A DNA stretch of 64,000 nucleotides from an uncultured bacterium (GCA_965368975.1 CBDUPA010000005.1:128001-192000), one strand, 5' to 3'. Numbered from the stretch's first letter, positions 17,083 to 26,942 are shown. Notes: a model not told the origin generated them from the letters alone. Program-made: numbers and translations.

Positions 17083-18495
17083 ATGAAGCGCTTGTTCATG
17101 GAAATGACGCGCAACCCGATCAGCTTGGTGGGTACGGCCTTGACCACCGCCAGCGCTGTCCTCATCCTGACGCTGTTCGCGGTCGAGTTGGCCGGTTTCC
17201 GAGGTGGCCCTTACATCGGCATCCTGGCTTTCATGATCCTGCCGGCAGTGTTCGTCTGCGGCTTGGTCCTGATTCCAATCGGTATTCGTCGCGAACGCCG
17301 CCGCCGCCGGGCGGTCGGGGAGGCTGCGGCATTTCCGGTGCTCGACTTCAACCGCGACAAGGTGCGCAATGTAGCCCTCGTTCTGTTCGTGCTCAGCATG
17401 ATCAACCTGGTGATCCTCGCCGCTGCCACCTACAAGGGTGTCGAGACCTTGGAGTCGACCGAGTTCTGCGGCGAAGCTTGCCACTCGGTGATGGCTCCCG
17501 AATACACCGCCTACCAGCGTTCGCCGCACGCGCAGGTCGCCTGTGTCGAGTGCCATGTCGGTCCGGGCGCCGGGTGGTTCTTGAAGGCCAAGCTCAATGG
17601 TGCCTGGCAGGTCGTGTCGGTCAACCTGGACCTCTACGAGCGTCCGATCCCGACACCGGTTCACAACATGCGTCCGGCGAGTGAGACCTGCGGCAACTGC
17701 CACTGGTCGGGCAACGACATCGGCGACCGTCTGCAGGTCTTCACCAAGTACCAGGAGGACGAGGCCAACACGCGCGTCCAGACCGTGCTCAACCTGCACG
17801 TCGGCAGCGGCGCTTCCGGTCGTAGCTCCGGCATCCACTGGCACTCCGACCCGGAAGTCGAGATTCGCTACCGCTCGGACGAGAAGCGCGAGACCATCTA
17901 CGACGTCGAGATGCGTCTGCCTGACGGTACCGTCAAACGCTACCTACCGCCCGATCCGGACGCCCTCGCCGAAGCCGAGGCCGAGGGGCACCTGGAATGG
18001 CGGGTCATGGACTGCGCCGACTGTCACAATCGTCCTAGCCACACGTTTCGGCCGGCCGATTGGGAACTCAACCTGGCGCTCTCGCAAGGTCGACTCGACA
18101 CCTCGCTACCGTTCGTGCGCCGGGAGGGCATGCGCCTGCTCAGCGCCGACTACGACAGCCACGAAGCCGCCGCAAGCGCCATGCCGGCCGAACTGGAAGC
18201 GTTCTACCGCGACAACTACCCGGACGTTCTGGCCGCCAACGCGGAGGCCGTCGAACAAGCCGGTGCCGAACTGGCGCGCATCTACTCGTGGAACGTCTTT
18301 CCAGCCATGGACATCAGCTGGGGCAGCTACCCCAATCATCTGGGGCACGAAGCGTCGCCAGGCTGCTTCCGTTGTCACGACGAAGAGCACGCCACCGAAG
18401 AGGGAGACACGATCTCCATGGACTGCTATTCCTGCCACAGCATGCCGGCGATCGAGGAAGAAGATCCGGAGATTCTGCAGCTGATGGAGATGTGA
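17083..18495 (+). CDS. Membrane-anchored NapC/NirT-like multiheme cytochrome c
   Basis: Three TM helices, then CGEACH, CVECH, CGNCH, CADCH, CFRCH, CYSCH (about 6 hemes). GGAG RBS. Confidence 0.9.
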   Translation: MKRLFMEMTRNPISLVGTALTTASAVLILTLFAVELAGFRGGPYIGILAFMILPAVFVCGLVLIPIGIRRERRRRRAVGEAAAFPVLDFNRDKVRNVALVLFVLSMINLVILAAATYKGVETLESTEFCGEACHSVMAPEYTAYQRSPHAQVACVECHVGPGAGWFLKAKLNGAWQVVSVNLDLYERPIPTPVHNMRPASETCGNCHWSGNDIGDRLQVFTKYQEDEANTRVQTVLNLHVGSGASGRSSGIHWHSDPEVEIRYRSDEKRETIYDVEMRLPDGTVKRYLPPDPDALAEAEAEGHLEWRVMDCADCHNRPSHTFRPADWELNLALSQGRLDTSLPFVRREGMRLLSADYDSHEAAASAMPAELEAFYRDNYPDVLAANAEAVEQAGAELARIYSWNVFPAMDISWGSYPNHLGHEASPGCFRCHDEEHATEEGDTISMDCYSCHSMPAIEEEDPEILQLMEM

Positions 18496-18545
18496 CGGGG
18501 TCGCCTAGACGGGGTCGCCTAGACGGGGTCGCCTAGACGGGGTCG
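18494..18545. repeat. 14-bp tandem repeat GACGGGGTCGCCTA, about 3.7 copies
   Basis: Three perfect copies plus a partial copy between convergent stop codons. Confidence 0.95.
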
Positions 18546-19018
18546 ACAACTAGACCGCGAAGCTCACCGTCCTCGTCGACATCCAGGGTCGCTCGCCGGC
18601 TGTCTCGCAGATCGGCGAGAATCTGTGGGCGTAGGTGGAAGTCTTGCGCGATCTCGGCGTCGTCGATCGGAGAGGGTGCGTGACGGCGGTCGTGGTGACC
18701 GAAGTGGCGCAAGTTGTAGAGAGACCAGAGGGCCGTGACGACTATGGTCAGGAGCAGGATAGCCGCGTATTGCTGCAGAGTGAGCAGATCCTCGCGTTGC
18801 TGTAGGGGTAGCACCACATCGACGAAGCGCTGGGCGCCGAGGAACCAGGCGAGCAAGCTGACGAGCGGCAGCCAGAGGTAGATCCAGACCGCCCAGACGA
18901 GGGCGGTCAGGAATCCATAGAGCGTCCTGCGGGAGGCACTGACCAGTTCGGGGCGGTCGATGATCAAGGGCGGCTTGAGGTGGTCTCGCTCCGGGATTTG
19001 CCGAGGGGTGGTGGTCAT
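18533..19018 (-). CDS. pgaD: PNAG biosynthesis protein PgaD
   Basis: LIIDRP, two TM helices, WSLYNLRHFG; directly downstream of pgaC. Confidence 0.9.
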   Translation of the reverse strand: MTTTPRQIPERDHLKPPLIIDRPELVSASRRTLYGFLTALVWAVWIYLWLPLVSLLAWFLGAQRFVDVVLPLQQREDLLTLQQYAAILLLTIVVTALWSLYNLRHFGHHDRRHAPSPIDDAEIAQDFHLRPQILADLRDSRRATLDVDEDGELRGLVVDPV

Positions 19019-20511
19019 GACGCACCTCGCGCGGACGGGGTAGTTGCGGATGGGGTAGTTGCGGACGGGGTAGTTGCGGACGGGGTAGTTGCGGTCGGGG
19101 TGCTGCCAACGGAGGTGTCACGTCGAGGTTGCCAACGCCAGCCGTGTGGGCGAATACCACGGTCCGGGCTGGTCCACAGTCCTTGTCGGCGACGTGCGAG
19201 CAGAGCACGCGGCAGCGCGACGACGGTGGTTGCCATGTTGAGGGTCCAGTAGAGCAGTGGGTACCAGACCATCCAATAGTAGTTGCGCGCCAGGCCACGC
19301 TCGTAGCGGCTGTCCAGGGCGAGGCTCACCGCCAGCTGCAGTAGGCAAGCGACGGCGAGGATCATGCCGTTCCAGCCGGGCAGGACAGTGCCGACCTGTA
19401 GCACCGCAGGCAACGTGACGAACTGGCCGAGCAGCCACAGCAGCAGCATCGCGGCCATGGTGTACGACCACAGGACGCTCAGCAGGTATTCGCCAAAGAC
19501 GCCCCACATGCGGTGGCCGCGCCAGGTCAGGATGCGCCGGGTGTAGTGCAGCATGGCCTCGGCACCGCCCTGTGCCCAGCGCAGACGCTGACGCCACAAG
19601 CCGCGCAGTGTCTCAGGCATCAGTACCCAGCACAGGGCGTGTGGCTCGTAGCGCACATCCCAGGAGTCGAGCTGCAGACGCCAGCTGACGTCGACATCGT
19701 CGGTGACCGTATCGGCGTGCCAGTAGCCGACCCGGTGTAGTGCCGTCTTGCGAAAGGCGGCGACGACGCCGGAGACCGTGAAGACGCGGCCGTAGATGCG
19801 TTGCGCGCGTTTGATCAGGCCGATGATGGAGGAGAACTCGCCCACCTGGAGCTTGCCGAGCAGGGTCGAGCGGGTACGAATGCGTGGGTTGCCGGTGACC
19901 GCGCCGACGCGGTGGCCGGTGACCAGGTGGTAGAGGAGCCAGGTGGTAGCGTCGGGGTCGAGAATGGAGTCACCGTCGACGCACACCAGGAACTCGTGCC
20001 GTGCCGCGAGAACGCCCATGCGCAGAGCGGTGGCCTTGCCGCGGTTCTGCCGCAGGTGCAGCACGCGCAGACGTGGGTTCCCTGCAGCCAGGGCTTGCGC
20101 CGCCAGCTCGTCGAGACGCTGGGCGGTGCCGTCGCTGCTGCCATCGTCGATCGCGATCACTTCGAAGTCCGGATAGCGCTGTGCCAGCAGGGCGCTGAAG
20201 GTTTCGTCGAGGTTGTCGACTTCGTCATGGCAGGGCACGAGGATAGACACGGAGGGCCATCCCATCCCCGTCGGGAGGGTTGGTGGTTCGCCGCCGCGCG
20301 TGCGGGCGCCGACATCGAACTCGGCGTCTCGAGGGCCGCTCTTGTGGCTGCGGCGCGGCACCGGGCGCTCCCAGTGCAGGTAGAAGTAGAGGCCGCCGAT
20401 CATCCATACGAAGGCCATGTACAGCGGGTAGTAGAAAGCGAAGGCGAAGAGACCCCGTACCACGTCGCTCCATCCGAAGGCGGCGATTCCGAATAGGCTG
20501 GTTTCGTACAT
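19015..20511 (-). CDS. pgaC: Poly-beta-1,6-N-acetylglucosamine synthase PgaC
   Basis: IDDGSSD, NRGKA, VDGD, GNPRIRTRSTLLG, GLIKRAQRIYG, TDD, QRLRW. Confidence 0.95.
   Translation of the reverse strand: MYETSLFGIAAFGWSDVVRGLFAFAFYYPLYMAFVWMIGGLYFYLHWERPVPRRSHKSGPRDAEFDVGARTRGGEPPTLPTGMGWPSVSILVPCHDEVDNLDETFSALLAQRYPDFEVIAIDDGSSDGTAQRLDELAAQALAAGNPRLRVLHLRQNRGKATALRMGVLAARHEFLVCVDGDSILDPDATTWLLYHLVTGHRVGAVTGNPRIRTRSTLLGKLQVGEFSSIIGLIKRAQRIYGRVFTVSGVVAAFRKTALHRVGYWHADTVTDDVDVSWRLQLDSWDVRYEPHALCWVLMPETLRGLWRQRLRWAQGGAEAMLHYTRRILTWRGHRMWGVFGEYLLSVLWSYTMAAMLLLWLLGQFVTLPAVLQVGTVLPGWNGMILAVACLLQLAVSLALDSRYERGLARNYYWMVWYPLLYWTLNMATTVVALPRALLARRRQGLWTSPDRGIRPHGWRWQPRRDTSVGSTPTATTPSATTPSATTPSATTPSARGAS
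19031..19102. repeat. 15-bp tandem repeat GCGGACGGGGTAGTT, about 4.8 copies (TTPSA tail of PgaC)
   Basis: Directly visible and in frame. Confidence 0.9.
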
Positions 20512-20534
20512 GGTGGGGCTCCTCTACGGTTCCC

Positions 20535-22364
20535 CTACGGATAGGGAAAGCTATCCAGCGACCAGGCCGGGCGTAGCTCCAACAGGGCCGCGTCGCCGTC
20601 CGGGTAGGCAGTGGTACCGAGGCCCAGGTTGAGGACTCGTCGGCGTTGCAGGTACCGCAGCGCATCGAAGAGCTGCTGCGCCCGGGCGCTGCTGCCGCTA
20701 CGGCGCCCTTCAGCGGTGGCGTTGTGTTGGGTCGCTGGGGCGGGGGACGGTAGCTCGACCCAGGGCAGTCGCCGCAAGTCTTCGATGTGGGGCGCAGGTA
20801 GGGCGGCGTGGAGCACTTGGGCCAGACGGTCGAGGTCACGCTCCTGCAGTTGGTCGGAGTCGAGGCGCACGAGAAGTTGGTCACAGGCTGCCGGCTGCGC
20901 CTGCAGCTGCCGGTAGAGATCCCCGGCGAACGTCTCGTGTGGGTCGAGATCGTGCTGGCTCGAGATGGTGGACCGCAGGTCGACCCTGCAGGCGATCTCA
21001 GCGCGCGGGCGATGCCGGCGCAGGCGGCGACGTAGGTCCGTCGCGATCACCTCGACGTCCGGGCCCGGCGTAGTCGCGGCATCCAGCACGAGACCGCGCA
21101 GCGCTGCCGCGGCGGCGTAGTGCTCGACGGCTTGGTACAGGTGAGTGTAGTTCGTGTTCACATCGACGTAGAGCGACAGGGCGGTGGTGACCCCGAGCCG
21201 CTTTTGCAGCTGCCAGACGGTGCGGTTCAGTAGGTCGCGTCGGGGGTCGTCGATCCGCGGATCCGCGACACGCAGGTGAACACGACTCAAGTCGAGTCGC
21301 TCGACGAAGTCCAGCAGGGCATCGAGTTTGGTCTCGCGTTGCTGCAGGGTGGCGGCGTCGAGGGCATCGAGATCGAAGGTGATGAAGCGTTCGGGCGCGC
21401 TCTCGCGCAAGTGGCGCAGGCGCCAGACCAGGTTCTGCAGTGGCAAGCCACCCTCGGATGAGAAGCGCCGCACGCTTCGCAGGTCGTTGACCGGCTGGAA
21501 GCCAGAGTGCAACGCCAGCGTGACGCGGAAGCCCAGCTCGGCGGCGACCTCTTCGGCGATGCCGCCACTGGCGCCGAACGGCCAGGCGAGTCCGCGCGGC
21601 GCTGTGCCAAGGTGGTGTCGGAGTAACTCCCGGCCGCGCTCCAGGTCGTCGGCCAGGCGCTGCCGGAAGGCTACGTCCTTCTCGTAGGAACCCGTGGTGG
21701 GGTCGAAAATGCGGGTCGCGGCGGCCGGTTGCAGGTTGCCGGCACGGTTGCCGAGCACGCCGCGATGCAAGTCGTAGCTGTGCAATGCCACCTCGACCAG
21801 GCCGGAGTCGACCATCTCACGCAGTTGCGACCAGCTGACGAAGGCCTCGCGGGTCAAGGGAATACCGTTGTAGTCGATGCTGGTGCCCGCGGGGGCATCC
21901 AGCCAGGCACCGGTCACGCTGACCACGGCCGGGAAGTCGAACAGGCGCAGCAGCGGGAAGACATACCGGTAGACGCTGGTCAGGCCGTCGTCGAACGTGA
22001 GCAGGATAGGCTGCTTGGGAAGCGACCGTAGACCGTCCTGTGCCGCCAGGAGGTCGTCCATGCGTATCGGGGTGTAGCCGTGCTCACGCAGCCAGGCGAA
22101 GTGGCTCACCAGGGTGTCGAGGCTGAGGGCGTACGGGTCCCTGGGATCGCCGTTCGGCGGCAGTTCGGCTCGGATGTCGTGGTAGCTCAGCGCGATGAAC
22201 TCGGCTGTCGACTTTGCTGGGGGACGCTCGGCAGCGGGTGCGGCTCGGACGAGTTCGCTTGCCAGGTCGAAGTGTTGACCTGTGCCCGCCGTCGCCAGCA
22301 CGGCTGCCAGCAGCAGGGTGATCACGACCACTCTCGAGACGAAGCATTTGTGTCTGATCGTCAT
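20535..22364 (-). CDS. pgaB: PNAG deacetylase PgaB with a degenerate C-terminal domain
   Basis: LSYHD, LTFDDG, HSYDLH, AWPFG CE4 motifs; start overlaps the pgaA stop. Confidence 0.9.
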   Translation of the reverse strand: MTIRHKCFVSRVVVITLLLAAVLATAGTGQHFDLASELVRAAPAAERPPAKSTAEFIALSYHDIRAELPPNGDPRDPYALSLDTLVSHFAWLREHGYTPIRMDDLLAAQDGLRSLPKQPILLTFDDGLTSVYRYVFPLLRLFDFPAVVSVTGAWLDAPAGTSIDYNGIPLTREAFVSWSQLREMVDSGLVEVALHSYDLHRGVLGNRAGNLQPAAATRIFDPTTGSYEKDVAFRQRLADDLERGRELLRHHLGTAPRGLAWPFGASGGIAEEVAAELGFRVTLALHSGFQPVNDLRSVRRFSSEGGLPLQNLVWRLRHLRESAPERFITFDLDALDAATLQQRETKLDALLDFVERLDLSRVHLRVADPRIDDPRRDLLNRTVWQLQKRLGVTTALSLYVDVNTNYTHLYQAVEHYAAAAALRGLVLDAATTPGPDVEVIATDLRRRLRRHRPRAEIACRVDLRSTISSQHDLDPHETFAGDLYRQLQAQPAACDQLLVRLDSDQLQERDLDRLAQVLHAALPAPHIEDLRRLPWVELPSPAPATQHNATAEGRRSGSSARAQQLFDALRYLQRRRVLNLGLGTTAYPDGDAALLELRPAWSLDSFPYP

Positions 22365-24568
22365 GACGCGCCTCCCCTCGCCTGAGCTGGGCCGGGTCGC
22401 CAGTCGGTGCTGAAGTAGATCCACACACGTTCCTCGCGCTCGCCGTCGAATACCCGCGATGCCCAGCCGAGGCCGTAGCGCAGGCCCAACTCGGGACCGA
22501 GCCGCCAGTCATGCTCGTAGCGCACGCTCACCACGGTGCGATCGTCGAAGTTGTGCTGCTGGTAGCGACCGGTGGTCACGACCAGGCGGTGGTGCAGCGA
22601 GTCCTCATAGCGTCGCCATCCGAGGAACTCGGTCATCAACCCCAGGCTGAACGTCGCGTCGCTCTCTGGGTTGTAATAAGGCGCGTCGCGCCGGCTGTTG
22701 TCGGAGGCGTACAGCTCGGGCAGCAGCGTCAGGTGCCAGCGAGGGTTGCTGAAAAGACGCTGCTGCGCGCTCAGGAGCGCGGTGCGTCGACGATTGCCGT
22801 CGCTGAAGTCGGCGGCTGCGAGCCGAAGGTCGATCCGCGTCAGTTCACTGCGACGGTAGCCGATGCCGAGGCCCAGGCGGTCAGTGTCGATCCCCAGGCG
22901 CCAGCCGCGCAGGGGCATGGTGGCGCTGCGACGCTCGGCGTCGAGGCTGAAGGACCAGTCGTCGTTGGGTTCGACCTCAGCGGCCAGCAGGTAGCCGAAC
23001 CGGCCGCTCCGCCTTGAGGCGGAGGAGAAGATCTGGCCATCCCAATTGTCATGGACTTCGGCGCGCAGGCGGTACCCCCAGTTCCGAGAGCTGGCGCCCT
23101 GATAGGCGGCACCGAGTCCGAGTCGCTCGAAGCGTCCAATGCCTTCCGGGAAACGGGCTTCGGCATAGAAGGCGTGCAGGTACGGTCGCAGTCGGTGGCG
23201 CCAGGGCGGCGCGTAGACCCAAGCTTCGAGCCGGTAGTCGCGGTTGCCGAAGGTGACGCCGGTGCTGTCGCCGCTCTCGCCTTCCACCACGACTTCCCAG
23301 CGGTGTTGGACGTCCCAAGCGTGACCGAGTCGGTAGGCATGCAGGTGCTCGGGGTAGGTCTGGCGAATGGCGGTGATCTCGGTATCGGCCTGGTCGAAGT
23401 GGCCGAGGTCGGCCAGGACCGTGGCACACGCCAGCCGACTGGCGACACTCTCGGGCTCGTAGGCCAGGGTGATCTCGAACTCCGCCAGCGCTCGCCGCGA
23501 CCAGCCGCGCCAGTAGTAGACGCTGCCCAGCGCTCGCCGCAGATCTTGGTTGTACGGGGCCTCGGTGACCAGCGGCTGTAACCTCGTCTCGGCTTGTGCT
23601 GGCAGGTCGACGAAGCCGCGAGCCAGCGCGGCGGTGGCGTCGACTTCCGGCTTGTCCCAGTTGGCACTGCCATCCTGCTGGTCGCTGGGGAACCAGGCCG
23701 GCAGAGCCTCGGCAAGGAGATCGATCGACTCCAGGGCGTCCTGCAGGCGTTCGTCTTCGAGCAGAGCGTAGAAGTGAGACAGGCTCGTTTCGGTAGTGTT
23801 GGTGCGCAGTTCGAGTGCGCGACGGTAGAGCCGTTCGGCGACTTCCGGCTGTTCCTCGTAAAGATAGGCATCGGCGGCTGCCACGAGTACCCAGCCCGGC
23901 AGTTCCCGGGCTGGCTGCAGTGGCTGCTCGTCGTTCGCCTCGATCATGGTCAGCAACTGCTCGTAGACCGCGATCGCCTCGGCCATGCGCTGCCGGTCGC
24001 GCAGCGCGACCAAGTGATCTTGCAGCTGGCGTCGGCGTGGCCACCGAACGTTCGATGGCAGCCGCTGTGCGACCTCGGCGAGGCGTGCCAGAGCCGCGTC
24101 AGTACCCTCGAAGCGCCGGGCTGCCGAGGCCGGGGGCAACTCGCCCCAGATCACCTCTTTGGCTGCCCGGTCGCCCCACAGTCGATGCCAATCCTCGGCT
24201 CGGAGCGCTTCCGGCCAAGCCGCTGCCTCGTCGAGAGCGAGGTGAGGGATGCCGAGGTCGGCGATGGCCAGAATCCGCTGGCGGAAGGCGTCGCGGGCTG
24301 CTTCGTCGCGGGCCGTCTCACCGGGCACCCCCTCATCGCGCATCTTGGTGGCTCGCGCCAGGGTGCGTTCAATCTCGGTCGGCTGGGCTGCCCCCGGTGT
24401 CGCAAGGGTCAGGGATGCGAAGGCCAGTGTCGAGAAGGCCAGTGTTGCAAAGACAAGTGTTGCAAAAGCTGGTTTTGCAGGAACAGAGGCGGTCGACCAC
24501 AACGCGGTTGCGGCAGGCCCGGTCGCAGCGCAGGAGCCGAGGCGGTTCCCGATCCCACGCCGTCTCAT
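22361..24568 (-). CDS. pgaA: PNAG export porin PgaA (TPR plus beta-barrel)
   Basis: TPR helices, RGWSRRA, barrel strands with PYYNPESD; first gene of the pga operon. Confidence 0.88.
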   Translation of the reverse strand: MRRRGIGNRLGSCAATGPAATALWSTASVPAKPAFATLVFATLAFSTLAFASLTLATPGAAQPTEIERTLARATKMRDEGVPGETARDEAARDAFRQRILAIADLGIPHLALDEAAAWPEALRAEDWHRLWGDRAAKEVIWGELPPASAARRFEGTDAALARLAEVAQRLPSNVRWPRRRQLQDHLVALRDRQRMAEAIAVYEQLLTMIEANDEQPLQPARELPGWVLVAAADAYLYEEQPEVAERLYRRALELRTNTTETSLSHFYALLEDERLQDALESIDLLAEALPAWFPSDQQDGSANWDKPEVDATAALARGFVDLPAQAETRLQPLVTEAPYNQDLRRALGSVYYWRGWSRRALAEFEITLAYEPESVASRLACATVLADLGHFDQADTEITAIRQTYPEHLHAYRLGHAWDVQHRWEVVVEGESGDSTGVTFGNRDYRLEAWVYAPPWRHRLRPYLHAFYAEARFPEGIGRFERLGLGAAYQGASSRNWGYRLRAEVHDNWDGQIFSSASRRSGRFGYLLAAEVEPNDDWSFSLDAERRSATMPLRGWRLGIDTDRLGLGIGYRRSELTRIDLRLAAADFSDGNRRRTALLSAQQRLFSNPRWHLTLLPELYASDNSRRDAPYYNPESDATFSLGLMTEFLGWRRYEDSLHHRLVVTTGRYQQHNFDDRTVVSVRYEHDWRLGPELGLRYGLGWASRVFDGEREERVWIYFSTDWRPGPAQARGGAS

Positions 24569-24688
24569 GCCTCCAGCGTACGGTGCGGGCGTCAGGTGAC
24601 AATCTCCGGCAGGGTGGTTGCCGGCCGCCCCTAGGGGTGGGGGCCGGCGTCTCGCGACCGCTCTGGGCCGCCCTACGTGGACGATGCC

Positions 24689-26854
24689 CTACGGAGTGGT
24701 TTGCGGCTGTGCTGCGCCCTCGCTCTCGGATGCCATGGCACTCTGACGCCACCGTGTGGCCCCCTCCGCGTTGCCCAAGCGCTGCAGGACCTGGGCAGCG
24801 AACAGATAGCTCTCGCGACTCGGATTGGCAGCGACCATGCGCTCGAGCAGGGGTTCAATGGCGTCGAAGCGGCGGGTCGTCGCGTAGAGGACCGCCAGGA
24901 GTTCGTAGGCCTTGAGCTGCGCAGGGAAGTTGGTGATCTCGGCTTCGAAGGCCGCGATGGCTTCGTCGAAGCGCTGTGCCCGGGCGAGCAGGTCGCCGCG
25001 TTCCAGGTTCAGGCCCGGTACCGGTGAGTGCTGGCCGGCGGTGATCTGAGCGTGCGCCTGCTGCAGTGTCGCCAGCAGTTCCGAACCCTGCCCCCGTCGG
25101 CGCTGGATCTCGGCCTGCAGCAGCAGAGCCGGGACGTCCGTCTCGCTGCCCGGCGTGGCTCGAAGAGCCGCCAGTTCTGCCGCGGCCGCGTCGACATCGC
25201 CGCGTAGCAGGTGCAGTTGGACGATGTCTCGCCCGATCATCGGTCCGAGCGACGGCAGCACCCGGCGTGCTTCCCGTGCCGCGGCGACCGCTTCGTCGTA
25301 GCGTCTGAGGGCGCGCAGGGCTGGTACCAACAGGAGGTGGGCGTCCTGGATCTGTGGCTGTTCGGCGATCAGCGCCCGTAGCACCTCGACCGCCTCCTCG
25401 TGCCGTCCCGCCGTGCGCAGCTCGATCGCTTCCTGCACGCGGGTGAGGACGTGCAGGTTCTCCTTGGGATCCGGCAGCGGACCGTCGCCGGTCGTGGCGG
25501 GGGCCGTCAGGTAGCCGAGCGCCGCCAGCCGGGCCGCGTCTTCGGGATCGGCCGCCTCCGGCGTGTTCAGAGTTGCATCGTAGGTGGCCAGCTGCTCGCG
25601 CAGCGCAAAGTACACGCGACGTTCGTCCGCCAGGATGTTGCGCTGTTGGCCAGGGTCCTCGAAGAGGTCGAAGAGTTCTGGATTGGGCGACTCGATGTAG
25701 GCGTAGCGCGCGCCCGTCAGGCCGCGGAGGTGGCTCCAGCCGTAGTGCAGCCGGCCGTAGTAGGTCTCGCTGTAGATGTGGCGCCCGCTCGGTTCGATGG
25801 TGGCGCGAGCTTCGTTCGAGGTTGCCGCGGCTCCTGGAACGGCTCCGTCGAGTAGGGAAGGGCTGAGCAGGTCTTGACCATCGAGGCCGTCCGGTACCGC
25901 GGCACCGACTGCCTCGAGCACCGTCGGCGCCACGTCGTACAGCCCTACTGGTTGCACCACTGTTGCACCGCTATGCGGTGCTTCCCCGGCATCGCCCGGC
26001 AGCTTGACCAGCAGCGGCACGTGCAGGGTCGGCCGGTAAAGCAGCAGCCCATGCTGATTCTCGCCATGCTCACCCAATCCCTCGCCGTGATCGGACGTGA
26101 AGACGATCAAGGCCCGCTCATAGATGCCGCTCGCGCGCAGGAACTCGAAGAAGGCGCCGAGCAGATCATCGACGTGCACGATCTCGCCGTCGTAGGGATG
26201 CTGGTAGCGTCCACGCACGCTGGCAGGCGGCTCGTAGGGATCGTGGGGTTCGAAGAGGTGCACGAAGTAGAAGAACGGCGCCGTGCTGTTGGCGTCGAGA
26301 TGATCCTCGATCCACGCCTGCGCCAGCTCCAGGGTTTTACCACCAGGGCGCTCCAAGTAGTCCGCTGAGATCTCGGTTCCGCTGGCTTCGATCTTGTCAT
26401 CGTAGTCGTCGAAGGCAGGTCCCAAACCAGTGTCCGCGCGGAGCACGTAGCTCGACACCGCCGCCCCGCTTGCATAACCGAGGGGCCGCAGTAGCTGGGG
26501 TAGGGTGGGATACGCGCCGGTGTCGAGGTCGTAGCCGAGATTGTCCCGGACCCCGTGCCGCACCGGTCCGACACCGGTGAAGAGGGTGCTGTGGGACGGA
26601 AGAGTCAGGGGCACCTGGGCAACCGCGTTCGAGTACAGGATCGCGTCGCGGCGCAAGGCGTCGAGATGCGGCGTCTCGATGGCGCCGTAGCCGTACATCG
26701 GCAGGTGATCGGCACGCAGGGTGTCGACCGAGATGACGATGACGGGGGCGTTGGGGAAGATGCTCGGCACGTCGTCGGCGTCGGGGGTGCAGGAAGTGAT
26801 GAGGAGAAGGGAGAGAAGGGGCAGGACCAGGCGTCGGGGGGTGGGCTGGAGCAT
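24689..26854 (-). CDS. Sulfatase/alkaline-phosphatase-superfamily lipoprotein with C-terminal TPRs
   Basis: Lipobox ITSC, SVDTLRADH, PLTLPSHSTLFTG, HLFEPHDPY, SDHGEGLGEHGE, then TPRs. Confidence 0.88.
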   Translation of the reverse strand: MLQPTPRRLVLPLLSLLLITSCTPDADDVPSIFPNAPVIVISVDTLRADHLPMYGYGAIETPHLDALRRDAILYSNAVAQVPLTLPSHSTLFTGVGPVRHGVRDNLGYDLDTGAYPTLPQLLRPLGYASGAAVSSYVLRADTGLGPAFDDYDDKIEASGTEISADYLERPGGKTLELAQAWIEDHLDANSTAPFFYFVHLFEPHDPYEPPASVRGRYQHPYDGEIVHVDDLLGAFFEFLRASGIYERALIVFTSDHGEGLGEHGENQHGLLLYRPTLHVPLLVKLPGDAGEAPHSGATVVQPVGLYDVAPTVLEAVGAAVPDGLDGQDLLSPSLLDGAVPGAAATSNEARATIEPSGRHIYSETYYGRLHYGWSHLRGLTGARYAYIESPNPELFDLFEDPGQQRNILADERRVYFALREQLATYDATLNTPEAADPEDAARLAALGYLTAPATTGDGPLPDPKENLHVLTRVQEAIELRTAGRHEEAVEVLRALIAEQPQIQDAHLLLVPALRALRRYDEAVAAAREARRVLPSLGPMIGRDIVQLHLLRGDVDAAAAELAALRATPGSETDVPALLLQAEIQRRRGQGSELLATLQQAHAQITAGQHSPVPGLNLERGDLLARAQRFDEAIAAFEAEITNFPAQLKAYELLAVLYATTRRFDAIEPLLERMVAANPSRESYLFAAQVLQRLGNAEGATRWRQSAMASESEGAAQPQTTP

Positions 26855-26893
26855 GGCGGCATCCTAGCAAAGCATTGGAGTGTTGGAGTGGTG

Positions 26894-26922
26894 TTGACTT
26901 CGCGAGGATCGATGGCTAGGGT
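26894..26922 (+). promoter_or_regulatory. Sigma70-like promoter for the peptide gene
   Basis: TTGACT-N17-TAGGGT upstream of AAGGAG-N6-ATG (26943). Confidence 0.5.
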
Positions 26923-26942
26923 TGCGGCGAAAGGAGATCGAG

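Noticed and set aside
18494-18545. Possible CRISPR array
   Set aside because: The units are contiguous with no spacers, only 14 bp long, and no cas genes are present.
24619-24648. GC-rich hairpin between the sulfatase and pgaA as a terminator
   Set aside because: Imperfect stem with no U-tract on the minus strand; function cannot be supported.
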